A DNA stretch of 63,008 nucleotides, counting the filler, from Globobulimina sp. (lineage: Eukaryota): the NCBI GenBank assembly GCA_003354225.1. It is 32 parts of 32 records of this genome, joined end to end, with 100 filler letters (N's around TTAATTAATTAA, not from the genome) between each part and the next. Parts side by side here need not be neighbours in the genome. Positions count along the whole stretch, not along the records: positions 49,313 to 51,183 come from PIVH01011042.1; positions 51,284 to 53,154 come from PIVH01011043.1; positions 53,255 to 55,125 come from PIVH01011044.1; positions 55,226 to 57,096 come from PIVH01011045.1; positions 57,197 to 59,067 come from PIVH01011046.1; positions 59,168 to 61,038 come from PIVH01011047.1; positions 61,139 to 63,008 come from PIVH01011048.1; 25 more parts are not named here. One strand, 5' to 3'. How positions within the stretch are numbered: position 1 is the stretch's first letter; each line of letters starts with the position of its first letter. This document shows positions 49,313 through 62,167 of this stretch, piece after piece. The translations under genes were made by a program, and so were the position numbers. The notes below the pieces were generated by a model, which did not search any database, was not told the DNA's origin, and was given only the letters and a program-made list of their open reading frames with translations.

Positions 49313-50644
49313 TTTATCATTATATTTTGCAATCGTTTTACTACAATTTCTATCAATACGGGTGGTGGCATTCAATTTATTTGTATTTAAATGATCCGTC
49401 ATTAAAACAACATTCTTGTTTAGAAATGGATTAATTCCCATTGCAATCAACTTATTTTCAGCATAACGTTTTTGCATTGAGTCCATGCGTCTGTTGAATA
49501 TCGCATTGTTCATAATACGCTCATTCACAATCTCCGATGATGCCATTTTTGTTTCTGATTTTTTATTATTTGTGTCATGATAATTACGGATTGAATTATC
49601 TGATTTTTGTCTGGCCATTTCGTGCCACCAATTTAGTTTATCCTCATTATTATCATCATGTCTTTTTTTTACCCGATTGTCGTGTTGAAACCATCGGGCT
49701 TTATTTCTTTTGTTTCCATGATCAGTGCGACTTGACCTAGATCGAGATGGTGACCTAGATCGAGACCTTGACCTAGATCGCGAATAAGATCTTGATCTAC
49801 GTCTGCTTTGTGAAATATCCTGATCCACATCGGCAACGATCTGCATTGTATCTCCGAGCGGATCCAAACGTGTCTGCCGCCGTCGTGATTGGTTGTCTTG
49901 CGGAACACCAACAGTTCGTGGCGGAGGACGTAGTAATTGTACCTGTTGCTGCAAACCAGCTTGTACCGCTTGAAATGCTTCCGCCGCAATCAAAGTATAC
50001 TCTTTATCAGATATCAGCTGCGGCAAAGTGTCTGCTTCAATTCTAATCGCATTCTGTTTAAAGTTATCGCACTTCAATAATATCGCCGCTGTCTGCTTGA
50101 CGACATGGCCAAACATATTACGTATCTCGTCCAGGACAGTGGCAGTGTCCCCACTCAATCCCCATTCACGCAATCGATCATATTTGATGTGTTTGAACGT
50201 TTTCGGACGTCCCGTACGCGTCGCGTTCAGATTCTGTAAGAATGCCGCCACTTTGCCACGAATATCTGTGACGGCCTGCCTCAATAACATAATTGTGTCG
50301 ACTTTCAACTTCGACACGGTACGCGTCAATAAAATACCAATCATCGTAATCGCGCGCTGCTTCTTCTGAAACGACGACAATGAGTCACCAATTAGGCATG
50401 CTTTGATATTGGTTGCCGCGTCGGCACGAATTTCAATTGGGATCAAGCACAATAACTCCTCGTTGCTGCCCAAAATCGCCTCGCAGTCATCTTCATCCTC
50501 CTCGCCAAACTCGACCGTATTATAATATTCCGGATGAATAACAAATTCAGTATTCACGAACTGTGCTGCCACAATCATTGATGCTGTATTCTGCATCGAA
50601 TTAATATTCTTTTTATCGAGATTCGCAATTCTTGAGAGGAACAT
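49313..50644 (-). CDS. Intronless hypothetical protein with an RS repeat; possibly a mobile-element ORF1/Gag-like protein, 3'-partial
   Basis: ORF of over 440 aa, GC-richer than neighbours, SRSRSRSRS tract. Confidence 0.5.
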
Positions 50645-50862
50645 TCTCAGTTTGCGACAGATTCGTTATAACGACGGTCTGATGGGAGGATGGTAAGAAG
50701 AAAAATGTAAACTGACACAAACACTAAAGAGTTTTTTTCAAACATACATAAACTACACAAACAATATAACTTTCACACAACAAACATATCTTCAATCTGT
50801 GAAACACTCGTTTTGAAAAGAACGTCATGTTTAGATGACAATTATCTTTAAAAAACCCTCTG

Positions 50863-51183
50863 TTATACTGTAACAGTCTTGAATTCAACACTATCAACTT
50901 TCCAGGTTTCATCTTTCAATTGAACCAAATCTAACAGCGCAAAGTTATTATTATCACCACCTTTTAAACTGCCTGGGTTTATTATCCTAACATTTCCGAT
51001 GTGTCCTTGGCCAAATCCTTTGTGTGTATGTCCATGAATATTCAAAAACACTTTATCTCTAAAGTTCGCATTTAACATTGATTTTGCAATACTCATACTA
51101 CCACTTGTTATTATTTTATTTTCGTCATTTAATCTCCAATCCATTGTTGTACTGCACAACGATGGTCCATTGTGCGTAAATAA
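50863..51183 (-). CDS. Calcineurin-like metallophosphoesterase, C-terminal part
   Basis: THNGP, IHGHTH, IINPGSL. Confidence 0.8.
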   Translation of the reverse strand, partial: LFTHNGPSLCSTTMDWRLNDENKIITSGSMSIAKSMLNANFRDKVFLNIHGHTHKGFGQGHIGNVRIINPGSLKGGDNNNFALLDLVQLKDETWKVDSVEFKTVTV

Positions 51184-51743
51184 NNNNNNNNNNNNNNNNN
51201 NNNNNNNNNNNNNNNNNNNNNNNNNNNTTAATTAATTAANNNNNNNNNNNNNNNNNNNNNNNNNNNNNNNNNNNNNNNNNNNNGTTGCAGGATAATCAAA
51301 ATAAAGAGAATGTACAGTTGATTACAGATTCAAGTGATGATGATGAGGATGAAGGATTATATGATATTCAAAGGAGAAATATGACACAAATAATACCATT
51401 GGATGATGAGGAGGATGTGGTTCCACAATGAGTGTGATATTATTTTTTCAAATGCATGTATTTTATTTTTATTTTAGTTTTTTTAACTTTTTTTTTAATT
51501 ATTTTACTTATTAATGTTGCAATTATGTATATTCTTTTTAAATGTGGATTGCCGATTGTTTATAAAACAATCGAGTTTAATCTTTAGTGCAAGGATAGGG
51601 TTAAATAATATTTTCCGTATAATACCGTTGTACAATGCATAAGAAACAACTACAAAATATCAAATACAAAAATATAGTATAATTGTTACAATATAAGAAT
51701 AAAAGCACGCGATCTAACAAACATTCACTGTGTCTGTTAGTGA

Positions 51744-53154
51744 CTACATCTGAAAACATTGTTTCTTAATTTCTATCCTCATCTCATCGATAGCCACAGT
51801 GAAATGCTTTAAACATTCAATTTTCGATACCTCCACATCCGATAATTCATTCTTCATTTTATATATTAACTCATTATATTCTTTTTTAATATTTTCCAAT
51901 TCATTGACATGTTTTAACTGCGTCTCGTCATCGACACCATTGCTTAAATACGATATTGTAAATCCAAACTCTTCTTTGTTATCCTCCTCATTTGCCGCTG
52001 CAGCATTCCTTGCAATTGGCGTTGACAGTGAAATATCATTAATTTGCACATTTAAATTGTCAATTTCATTTTTTTTATCCTCAAACCTATCCTCGTCATC
52101 GCGCAATCCTTTCAATACACTCTCCAACTCCATAATAGTCGCATTATGCGACCGCACATTTTTGTGTACCGCCGTCAATTCTTGCTTTACCGCAGTTAAT
52201 TCCTCTTCTTTCTGTTTATTTCTATCGCGTAATACTTGTATATTTGTGTTCATTTCTTCATAATCAGTCTCAATATTATCTGCAACCAATTTATAATCCA
52301 TTTCCATGTTTTTATATCTCTCATTTGCACCATTCAATAGCACCAAATTATTTTGTAAATGTATATTGATCTCATTTTGTTCTGATAGCATTTCCGAAAT
52401 ATTATTTATTTTACTATTTAAGCCTTTCATTTCGGTCTCATATTCAACGCGTTGCTGCAACAATTTCTTATTTAATCGTTTTTTGTCTTTGGCTTCGCGC
52501 TCTAATTTAAAATCGAATATCTCTGAATGTTTGAAGAACATTTCTTGTTCTTCCTCATACCGAATTTCTAACCGTTTGATCTCGGATTTCAATGAATTTA
52601 TCAGTTTATCCTTTTCATCCATATTCAAATTATCATTGCTATGCTCCTTTTCTTTGGCATATATGGTGGCACTTTTTGCCTGTTTTGCTTGTGAAACCTG
52701 TTGGATTCGCTTATTTATCTCACTTTCAATCTGTTCTTCGCATTCTTGCCGCACATTTTCCATGTCGGCATCATACATTTTTTTATTTTGTACTATGCTT
52801 TGTTTTAACTGCGCATTTTCCTGCATTAAGGCTTTAATTTTTTCATCTTTTAATTTAATTTCCAGTTTAAATTTTAATTCAGATTGTTTGATTTGTTTCG
52901 ATTGAGAAATGTGTTGCTTTTGAGTCTGTTTTAATTTGTGATTAATTTCTTGTAATTCAGACTCGTAATCGAGTTTGATTTTTTTCATTGAATTTCGTTG
53001 TTTTTTATTTTTGAGGACGCCAATAAATTCACCTTCGGTTTTTACTTTGTTTAATAATACTTGGTAATGATCGATTTGTTGATTATGTGATAGTGTCAGA
53101 TGTGACAAATCGTTTTTGGCTTTTTTTAACTCTGTTTTCAGTTTTGTCAATTCG
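51744..53154 (-). CDS. Long coiled-coil protein, 5'-partial
   Basis: 468-aa heptad-rich ORF. Confidence 0.7.
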
Positions 53155-53254
53155 NNNNNNNNNNNNNNNNNNNNNNNNNNNNNNNNNNNNNNNNNNNNTT
53201 AATTAATTAANNNNNNNNNNNNNNNNNNNNNNNNNNNNNNNNNNNNNNNNNNNN

Positions 53255-55125
53255 GACCGGCAATCTTACATCTCTGAAATATCATGTTTAACATTGAAAA
53301 GATTATATTATTTGTTATATGCCACATCATACACGACCGACACGCAATGTTTGATCAACGAATGCATTAAATTCTCGATCTCCGAGTTCCAACATGTACG
53401 CAATCAATCCATTCACGCCATACTTAGTAACCGCACCATCTTTAATTTCAAACCCTGCATTGAATGGGCTTTCCAATTTTGGATCAAGATATTAAGAGAT
53501 CTGACCTCAACAAAACACGAATTGTGGGGTGCTATCGCTGCCTTACTCGACAGTGCTTTGCTTACGGAGCTGATCTTAGTGAATCCCGAATTGCATCGCG
53601 AATTTATACTGACGGTGTTGAACTGCTCCATGCACAGAGAGCCCATAGTGCAGACGCACATATTTTGCTGTTTCTTGTTGTATGTGGCACAGAACCCATA
53701 TCAAACATTGTTCATTCCGCCGGCTTTAGCAAATGATAGTGATCGACAGCAGGAACTGGCAATGTTTAATGTTGAATGCAGTGAGAATTACAACAGGATC
53801 CACGAGGAATTATTATCATTTATTACATCAGGAAGCGATCCATTGGTCTCATCCCTATCTCAGTTAATATCCAATCTGCCCTTCGATGTGAGTCAAGTCG
53901 CACTATTTGATGCCAACAATATCTCTGCCAAAACTCTGTCAGTATTCCTACAAAAACAATGTGGCATCAATATAAAATCAAAAATGCTGCAATCTCTCAC
54001 AATGACACAAATTAAATCTATTATCCGCGAGTCTCCATTTTCTAAATTATTCAATAACGCACAATTGCAGCAAGATGATGACATTCTAAATAATAAAGCG
54101 TGTTCGTCGAATAATGTGCATTGGAAATACCAGTTAATGGCTTCCATATTGCTATGGAAGTCGTTGCGGCCAAACATTGCGCCAAACGCACAATTTGTGG
54201 AATATATTTTAAGTTTAATCGGGAATCAAGTTCCCGCATTGAATAGGATTGGATGCATTTCTTTGTGTGTTATTATCAATAATTATATGCCATTGTTACA
54301 TTACAAAGATATAATCAAAGATAAAAATCAATATCCTGCAGAACATACATTTAATTGTAAAGATATTGAGCTATGCAACAAATTGCCACTGTTTATGACA
54401 CCGCGAGCTATATTATCATACGACGCTGCGTCGATAATACACAACTATTTAAGCCAGAATCTAAAGGTTTTATGTCGTGCATTGTCATCCGATCATCCCT
54501 TAATAAATGATGGCGACCAAAGTGGCGATGATGAGTCACAAATGCAACAATTGGTGGATATGATTGAATTTTATCTGTCGTGGCCCTATAATGGCTTCAA
54601 TGTTTGTGTGGCTTCCTGGGAGGAAACGCATTGGATCTTAATTCGAGATATTTTACGAGCAAAATGGCCAAACAATGGCGAGGATGGCGTCGAATCCGCT
54701 GCAGAATGGAAATGTGATTATAATCTATGGCCAAACATGATTGATTTATTCAATTTGCATATTTCAAATTTCAAAGAGAAGAAAGACCAAATTGTAGGAT
54801 GTGAAATATTGGCAGGTACTATGCGAGCATATCATCATTTTGCTGCCATCCAATCATTCCCATTCCCCAATGGTATAAATATTGATTACTTATCAGATAA
54901 AATCACGAAACCATTGATAAAGATTTTCAATTCTTCACCGCAGGAATCACAAAGTATGATATGTTCTGCGTTACGCACCGCCACATATAATGCAGATATT
55001 TCGTATTTGCAATGGTTTATTCATCCAATTTTAAGCAAGATTGTGAGTAATATGCAAGTACTGCATCACGATGAAGATGAGGACGATGTGAAAAAAGAAA
55101 CGTTTATATCTCCAGCAGTACAAAC
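53255..55125 (+). CDS. PSME4: Proteasome activator PA200/Blm10-like HEAT-repeat protein, internal fragment
   Basis: HWKYQLMASILL...LRP and DQIVGCEILAG..R segments match my recollection of PA200 motifs; all-helical ORF. Confidence 0.65.
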
Positions 55126-55227
55126 NNNNNNNNNNNNNNNNNNNNNNNNNNNNNNNNNNNNNNNNNNNNTTAATTAATTAANNNNNNNNNNNNNNNNNNN
55201 NNNNNNNNNNNNNNNNNNNNNNNNNCA

Positions 55228-56397
55228 AAGGATAACTTAACAAACATAGTACCCAATTGGTTGTTGAAGCTGTTATTGATATTTTATTTAATCTGCGGAA
55301 TATTGATACTGACCTACTTTCGCAGCAAACAATTTTACAAGCTTAAGCATTCTGATGCACCTCAAATTACTCCAGAGATTCGCTTAACTAATGAAACTTC
55401 AAATGATTTAATAATTACAGCAGACTCAGCCGAAGCACAATTTTGGAGAAGAAAAATATTAAACAATGTTAAACTGTTACAAGAACCTGCAAATTGTGCA
55501 ACTACGAATTATCTCACATGTTCTACAACAACGCCATGTGGTTTTGGTTGTTATCTCAACAAAGTGTTACAATGTTTAGCTCATGGACATAAAGACCAGA
55601 AAACTGTCGTGTTAACGCAAGATCGAGCTCCATTTGATTGGGACAGTTTGCTATTACCAATATCTACATGTCAAGACTACTATAATTCAAATGCAGAGCA
55701 AATTAATTCTTTACCAACAACCACAAACTTTAAAGATCTGAGAAACGAATGGGAACCTCACAGGAAATGGGTGCCCAAGTATACAAAATCATTTTTGAAT
55801 GAAAAGAATATGAAGTGTCCTGTTGGATGGTTCATTGGAATGTTAAATGTTTATGTTATGAGAGGGTTTCCACCGAGAGTTGACCACTATATTACACAGA
55901 AAAGAACAGAAAACAATGTGCATAAATTAGATGTTTCTTGTCATATTAGAAGGACGGATAAAATTAGCTGGGGAGAAGCTGTATTATTCAGTGTTGACGA
56001 ATATGTGAATGAGATTGATCATTTTACAGTTATGAAAGATAACAAACGAAATTATCATGGACATTATGGCAAGAATTATGGTGTGAACGTGTATCTGGCT
56101 ACGGATGATCCGCAAGTTATTAATCAGGTTAAAACAAAATATGTGCAGTATGATTGGTTTTATAATGATATTGGTGCAGAAAGAGCAAATTCAGAAACAT
56201 GGAATAATCGATTAGTGGATAACAAAGGAATGATGGATGTCATATATGATTTAGTAATGATGAGTGAAGCGGATTATTTTGTTGGTACTTTGTCAAGCAA
56301 CATTGGAAGAATCGTAATGCAGTTATTTGCAAACAAATATATTGACCCTTCGAAGCATGTGTATTCTTTAGACGAGTGTTATATTGCCTATGTTTAG
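55228..56397 (+). CDS. Alpha-1,6-fucosyltransferase (GT23, FUT8-like), type II membrane protein without the SH3 domain
   Basis: CGFGC, HIRRTDK, VYLATDDP, DYFVGTLSSNIGR, SLD. Confidence 0.88.
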   Translation, partial: KDNLTNIVPNWLLKLLLIFYLICGILILTYFRSKQFYKLKHSDAPQITPEIRLTNETSNDLIITADSAEAQFWRRKILNNVKLLQEPANCATTNYLTCSTTTPCGFGCYLNKVLQCLAHGHKDQKTVVLTQDRAPFDWDSLLLPISTCQDYYNSNAEQINSLPTTTNFKDLRNEWEPHRKWVPKYTKSFLNEKNMKCPVGWFIGMLNVYVMRGFPPRVDHYITQKRTENNVHKLDVSCHIRRTDKISWGEAVLFSVDEYVNEIDHFTVMKDNKRNYHGHYGKNYGVNVYLATDDPQVINQVKTKYVQYDWFYNDIGAERANSETWNNRLVDNKGMMDVIYDLVMMSEADYFVGTLSSNIGRIVMQLFANKYIDPSKHVYSLDECYIAYV

Positions 56398-56649
56398 ACT
56401 ACAGATTTTGTTTTTTATTTCATAATAATAAATGACGACTTGATTGCATAGTACAAAGGCACAATTTGGCAACGGACTCCGTAAACCCAATAACAATCCT
56501 GATTGAGTCTTGTAAATATAGATTTTTTGAGTCTAAAGGAGAAGCTGCAAAATATAGATCTCGACTGGAAGTAAACAACATACTTGGGGAATGTTGTTAA
56601 ATTACGTGGGTATAGTAACTTTTGCACGAGAAATATGGTAGAAGAGCGG

Positions 56650-57096
56650 ATAGATATATGAAGTAGATATATGAATTTTCTTTAAACTTGATAGATATAT
56701 ATGAATTTATATGATAGAAAAAAAGAGAAAATAGCATTTTTCTATCATATTTCTATCTAAAAAAAATATTTGCTATTTTCTATATATTTTCTTTCAATTT
56801 TATTTTTTGATTTTTTCTATCATATTTTTAGCATATATATATTATGAACAGTATTTCTATCCATTTTGTATGCTATTCATATAAATAACATAGAAATAAC
56901 ATATAAATCTCAATCTTGTATCATAATACTATAATGATTTTTTCATTATTCATATATCTAAATCATTTATCTATCATATAACAAAACTATAAATTCTAAT
57001 AGAGAATAAATAGAAATATGATATAAACAAAAAAGAAAAACAAACTAGATAATAAGAAGAAAATAGTTTGATTTTTTTTTTTAAAAGTCATATATC
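56650..57096. repeat. Very AT-rich degenerate repeat with internal inverted copies
   Basis: atatgatagaaaaa / tttttctatcatat units in both orientations. Confidence 0.5.
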
Positions 57097-57196
57097 NNNN
57101 NNNNNNNNNNNNNNNNNNNNNNNNNNNNNNNNNNNNNNNNTTAATTAATTAANNNNNNNNNNNNNNNNNNNNNNNNNNNNNNNNNNNNNNNNNNNN

Positions 57197-59067
57197 AACT
57201 GGTGTCACACCTGCTTCTTGATGGCGAGTGAAAATTTCAGCCAATCCACCAGTGATTCCTTTTTCTCTTAACAGCGAGATACTCTGTTCATCAGGAACCA
57301 CAAAGTATATGTTAGGAGGTGTAGTGGATAACAAGTAGGGAACCAGTGCAGATTGGATTGTACAGTGGTTACTGAATAAATCTACCTTTCTCTCACGCCA
57401 TTGTTCTAACAATGTCTCAAGAGCAGGAATCATACAAAGACAATCTATTTTGACATATTCCATTATCCAGTCATACAAAGTCTTGCATTTTGTTTCATGC
57501 CATAATTTTACAAATTCTTGATAATTATTTTTGATTTCATTCTCATTTTTTCCCAGGGTGTTACCTTCCCCAATGTCAGAAGTGAAATCAGATATCTCTG
57601 GAATACCAAAATGTTTGAGATCATAGACTGTTTCAATCTTTTTCAGAAATTTATATGGAAACCACGCTTTGTCCACTTTGTCTTTTTGGTCTTTGGCAAA
57701 ATTAGAAACAAATGATCGCAAGGTAACAGCCTGACCACCCAAATAATTCAAAACATCAAGAAATCGTATATTGTTCCCCAAAATAGCATCATAACGGCTG
57801 GCACCTTGTTTCAACAGAAAATGTACTCCCGAATTTTTCTTTCCTTTTATCTTCTCGTTAGTTTTACTTTCCTCTGTTTCGTCATCGTCATCATCTGCAT
57901 TTTGCACTTTATCCATATTCTGCATTGAGTCCAAACCATTTCCAAATTGATGGAGTAAAGGAAGTAATTGTTCGCGCATCAAAGGTATATCGTATGAACG
58001 ACCATTGAAGGAAATCACATTAATCGTTTCCAAATGTCTATATAGCTTCACACGCAATAACTGCAAACGTCTCATAAAGTAGAATTGTTCTGGTTTCAGT
58101 TCAAGAACACCTATCTGTTCCTCTAGTTCATCAAAGATATATTGAGCTCGGGCAAAGTTTTTGTTCCTGGCCATGACCCGCCATTTTTCTACCTGAACCA
58201 AAAATTCTCTAAGATACTTGTCAGGTTGACTGGGGTCTTCATCATTGATAAATAACTTTGCTGTTTCCCCTGTAAGATTTGTTGCAGCACACAGAAGTAT
58301 TGCCTTGTGTTTATAGTCATACACTGTTTTGGTGGCAGACATCTCCTCGGTTGGCTTTTCCATACAACTTTCAGCATCAAAAACGACAAAATATGGTTGG
58401 AAAACATCCTCCATATTTTTCAGAAGAATTCCGATTTTTAACAACTGGTCCACCATGTTTGGTCGGTTCAGAAACTTGCCGGATTTGACCACTATCCTTG
58501 AACTGCCTTTGCAGTTAGCTTCATGCCAGTTACAATCACGTTTAGTGCGAGAAAACTTCTTGCACTTTTTACATCGAAAACCTCCAAGGAAACTTTCTTC
58601 GTGGTCAGGTTTAATCAGACAGAAATGTTTGTTTTTGAATCTGAACAATTGACAAATACCGTTTTTCTTTCCTTCCTGTGGAATTCGACAAAGAAATTTT
58701 GAATTGTTAGCCAATTCATTGTTCCCATATACTTTCAACCCAATATCGAAACAATTTTCAACAAGTTCAAGTTCACCCATTGTTATGCCAGGAAATGTAC
58801 AAAATCCAATTCCTCGTTCACCACAGTATTCTTTGCATAATTTTTTAGCTTCTTTTTCACACTTTTGTGGAGGTTTTTTAGTCAAGAAAAATGCTAAACA
58901 ACGAAATAGACAATAATTGTCATGAAGCAAGCTCTTTCCATTAGAACTTTTAATGAAACAATATACATCTCTCTGTTTCACTAATGAGTCGGGAAAGTCC
59001 TTTGGTTTTAAGTACCCACGAAGAGGAAAACCTTCCAGTGGAGTAACCTCTATTTGTCTATTTGTGG
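57197..59067 (-). mobile_element. Protein-primed family B DNA polymerase (Polinton/Maverick type), internal fragment
   Basis: DNYCLFRCLA, CKKC...HEANC, ExoI VFDAES, ExoII FNGRSYD, RFLD, KAWFPY, ExoIII YVKIDC, GITGGLAEIFTRH; intronless. Confidence 0.9.
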
Positions 59068-59210
59068 NNNNNNNNNNNNNNNNNNNNNNNNNNNNNNNNN
59101 NNNNNNNNNNNTTAATTAATTAANNNNNNNNNNNNNNNNNNNNNNNNNNNNNNNNNNNNNNNNNNNNACAATACATAGATAACCCGCATAGCATTATATT
59201 TCCATATTTT

Positions 59211-59945
59211 ATGTCTCGGCCAATGATACCAATGCAAGCCACCGCATTAATTGCAGAAAGTGCCTGTTATGACGACTGTGTGCCGCCTTTATTACTTCCC
59301 ATAGTTCCGGCTGCTTTTCAGCCATCATTGCATTCCGCCGGTGCGCGCTATCATAAATATCTGGGAAATCCGATCAAAAAACCATTTTATAAATCGCATG
59401 ACAACACATCATGGAAATTGGACGAACCACTCGATCCACACTATAAATATCATAAAACAGAGTGGTTTCCGCCCAGAAAATATGGGCATCCACAAAATTT
59501 AAAACAATGGATCAAAATCACGGAAAAATTTCCTTTTTGTAAAGAGAAAATCAATAAAATAAATAAACATTGGTATAAAATTGGTGGCGGCGCAGCGTAT
59601 ATAAAACAGAAAAAAGAAGCAAAAATCAAACGGCTGTTGCATAAAAAACGCATTTATAATGAAAATATGAAACGGTGGAACCGGAGAAGGAGAAAACGGA
59701 GAAAGAGATATAAAAAAAGAAATAAAATTGAAAAAGAATTGGAAACGGATCTAAAAACGTGCAGATTGCGAGGATATGATTTATTATTAAGAGCTGCGCA
59801 AAACGAGAAGGGCACCGATGATAATTTTACGGATTGCACCACGTGCAGTGATTATGACAGTTCCTCTTCGAATGCCGATTGTATTACTAATATGTTGTCA
59901 AAGCCGTTGAGTGAATCACACGGCAAACAAGAAAACGATGATTGA
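59211..59945 (+). CDS. Basic hypothetical protein
   Basis: 244-aa ORF with a K/R-rich helix. Confidence 0.5.
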   Translation: MSRPMIPMQATALIAESACYDDCVPPLLLPIVPAAFQPSLHSAGARYHKYLGNPIKKPFYKSHDNTSWKLDEPLDPHYKYHKTEWFPPRKYGHPQNLKQWIKITEKFPFCKEKINKINKHWYKIGGGAAYIKQKKEAKIKRLLHKKRIYNENMKRWNRRRRKRRKRYKKRNKIEKELETDLKTCRLRGYDLLLRAAQNEKGTDDNFTDCTTCSDYDSSSSNADCITNMLSKPLSESHGKQENDD

Positions 59946-60055
59946 GAATTTAATTATTGTTTAAGTACTTTGTATTAAAATTGTATTCATTATTTTTAAT
60001 ATTTATTCAGTCGCATAAAGTTTTTGTTTTTTTTCTCTAAACGCAGTAACTTATA

Positions 60056-60853
60056 ATGAGCAGCAGAAAAAGAGCCAAACCAAACAAAAATGCACAAAAA
60101 TCGCCCAAAAAGAAAGCAGCCACAAACACAACATCCAAAAAAGCAAAGATCTCCAAAGCGTATCCAACAAAACGCAAACCACGCTCACTCTCATTCTCTC
60201 ACATTGCCATTTTATTTGTTATCAGAATAAGCTCGGCATTGCTAAATCCGATCGCTGACTGCGACGAAACATACAATTACTGGGAACCCACTGCTTTTTT
60301 GTTGACCAAATACGGTTTGCAAACATGGGAATATGCGCCGCAATTTGCACTACGTTCATATTCATACTTATTGCCGCAATATTTCGTCGGTCAGTTTCTA
60401 GCGGCACTCACCAACAACAACCAAGTGATCATATTTTATGGCATTCGCATTTTTCTCTGTCTAATCTGCGCATTCTGTGACCTCTTTAAAAACATGGTTT
60501 GGCCGCAAAACGGTGTCTGCAACTTTTGCATTTATGACGTTCTCATCGGGAATGTTCAACTGCTGCGCCGCTTATTTGCCGCAGCAATTTGTGCTCTGTT
60601 TCATATTGTTATCCTTCGGTTCCTTCTTCAGAGAATACCGCATTTTGGCCATATTATTCATGGGCATCGCAGTCATTTTTGGCTGGCCTTTTATTGCATT
60701 GTTAGCGGTCCCGATGGCAATGGACTGCATATTTGTTTTGGGGCTCTCTGTTTTTGCAATGTACGTTATTTCATTTGGTGCTGTTTTGTGCGGTGTTTGC
60801 ATTGAAAGATAGTTTTCTTATTTTGTCGGTCAGTTTTCGTTTCCTACTTCCAA
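60056..60853 (+). pseudogene. ALG9: ALG9-like alpha-1,2-mannosyltransferase (GT22) pseudogene or disrupted copy
   Basis: IADCDETYNYWEP, GLQTWEYAPQFALRSY; frameshift near 60478 into SSGMF...AYLP...GWPF; stop at 60812 followed by SYFVGQF; truncated. Confidence 0.8.
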
Positions 60854-61142
60854 CAAAAAAACATTAAATAAATGAAAGATATCATGCATCAAATAGATAT
60901 TTCCGATTTAATACTCTCATAAAAACTAAATGCATTGATGTCGTTCATATATATGTATCCAAATTAAAAAAACGCAATATTCTTAATATAGTTCCTATAT
61001 ACATTTTGATTATATACATTTTGATTAGTCACTATATANNNNNNNNNNNNNNNNNNNNNNNNNNNNNNNNNNNNNNNNNNNNTTAATTAATTAANNNNNN
61101 NNNNNNNNNNNNNNNNNNNNNNNNNNNNNNNNNNNNNNTTTT

Positions 61143-61595
61143 ATGTTTAGAAAGAAATGCGGCGAGGTATTATCGACTGAAAATGTACGAGAATTTAACG
61201 AAAATAACTTGGATGATTCAAATATTAATGCATTTGCCCTCAACAATATTTATAATGCCTCGGCCAATCATATTAGCTCCGTTCCAGTCCCGAAACCGCT
61301 CCGTGGACCATTACTCGGTACGATCGATAACACTCAAAGTTTATTAGATGACCTACGTGGCAGTACTCCAACCTCCTCTGTTGACGCTGACGAGGAGAAA
61401 TGCGCTGTTTTAGATGTTCCAGCCCCGACAGCGGGTATCAACGAAATCGATTCGGTGACGGCTAAAGCATTTGTTAAACACCTTTTAGATGTTCCTGAAG
61501 CAGCAGCGACCGATACCAACGTCACCGCCAATGAATCCTTTTTAGATGATTTAGACATCGATTTCCTTTCTTTTCCCTGCGTCAATTTTACTTAA
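61143..61595 (+). CDS. Hypothetical acidic protein or fragment
   Basis: 150-aa ORF with no recognisable motif. Confidence 0.3.
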   Translation: MFRKKCGEVLSTENVREFNENNLDDSNINAFALNNIYNASANHISSVPVPKPLRGPLLGTIDNTQSLLDDLRGSTPTSSVDADEEKCAVLDVPAPTAGINEIDSVTAKAFVKHLLDVPEAAATDTNVTANESFLDDLDIDFLSFPCVNFT

Positions 61596-62167
61596 TTACA
61601 ATCATGGCATATTAAATCGAAATGGTATACAACCTGCGAACAGTCCTCCGGCCCCTCAAGACGTTATTCCTTACTTTCAGCGTACACCCATTCAGCGTAC
61701 ACCAATTCAGCTCCATTTATCTCAACAAATAGTTAATCATAATTTAGGCAACTGATAATGTTACTAACAATCGCAACAATCCCCATTCAGATCCCTCTGA
61801 CACATTAAATCAATCCGTTTCGGGAAATCACTCCGTTTCGGGAAATCAGTCCGTTTCAGACTCCGCCACTCATATTTTACGCAGTTCCAACCACTCCTCT
61901 TCCTCTCAAATTAAATTAGTTAACACCACTCCTACCTTTTCCCACCAATCATATTTGACGCATTACAACAACGCATCAAATATATTTATCACACATAACA
62001 TCAATAATCAACCGCATAGAGCATCGCCGGCACACAGACGTAATATTAACGTATCCCCCATCACGTCCTGTCACTCCCATGACCTCTCCATTGATATCAA
62101 TAAAACTTTTACAGCAATCAACAACGACGAATACCGTATTGACAGCACAGAATCACCGGAACAAATT

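Noticed and set aside
51799-52905. Long plus-strand ORFs opposite the coiled-coil gene, and similar antisense ORFs elsewhere
   Set aside because: Antisense shadows of biased coding sequence (F/S/L/I-rich, no motifs)
61812-61860. Short tandem repeat tccgtttcgggaaatca as a possible CRISPR
   Set aside because: About 2.5 adjacent copies with no spacers, in a eukaryotic context
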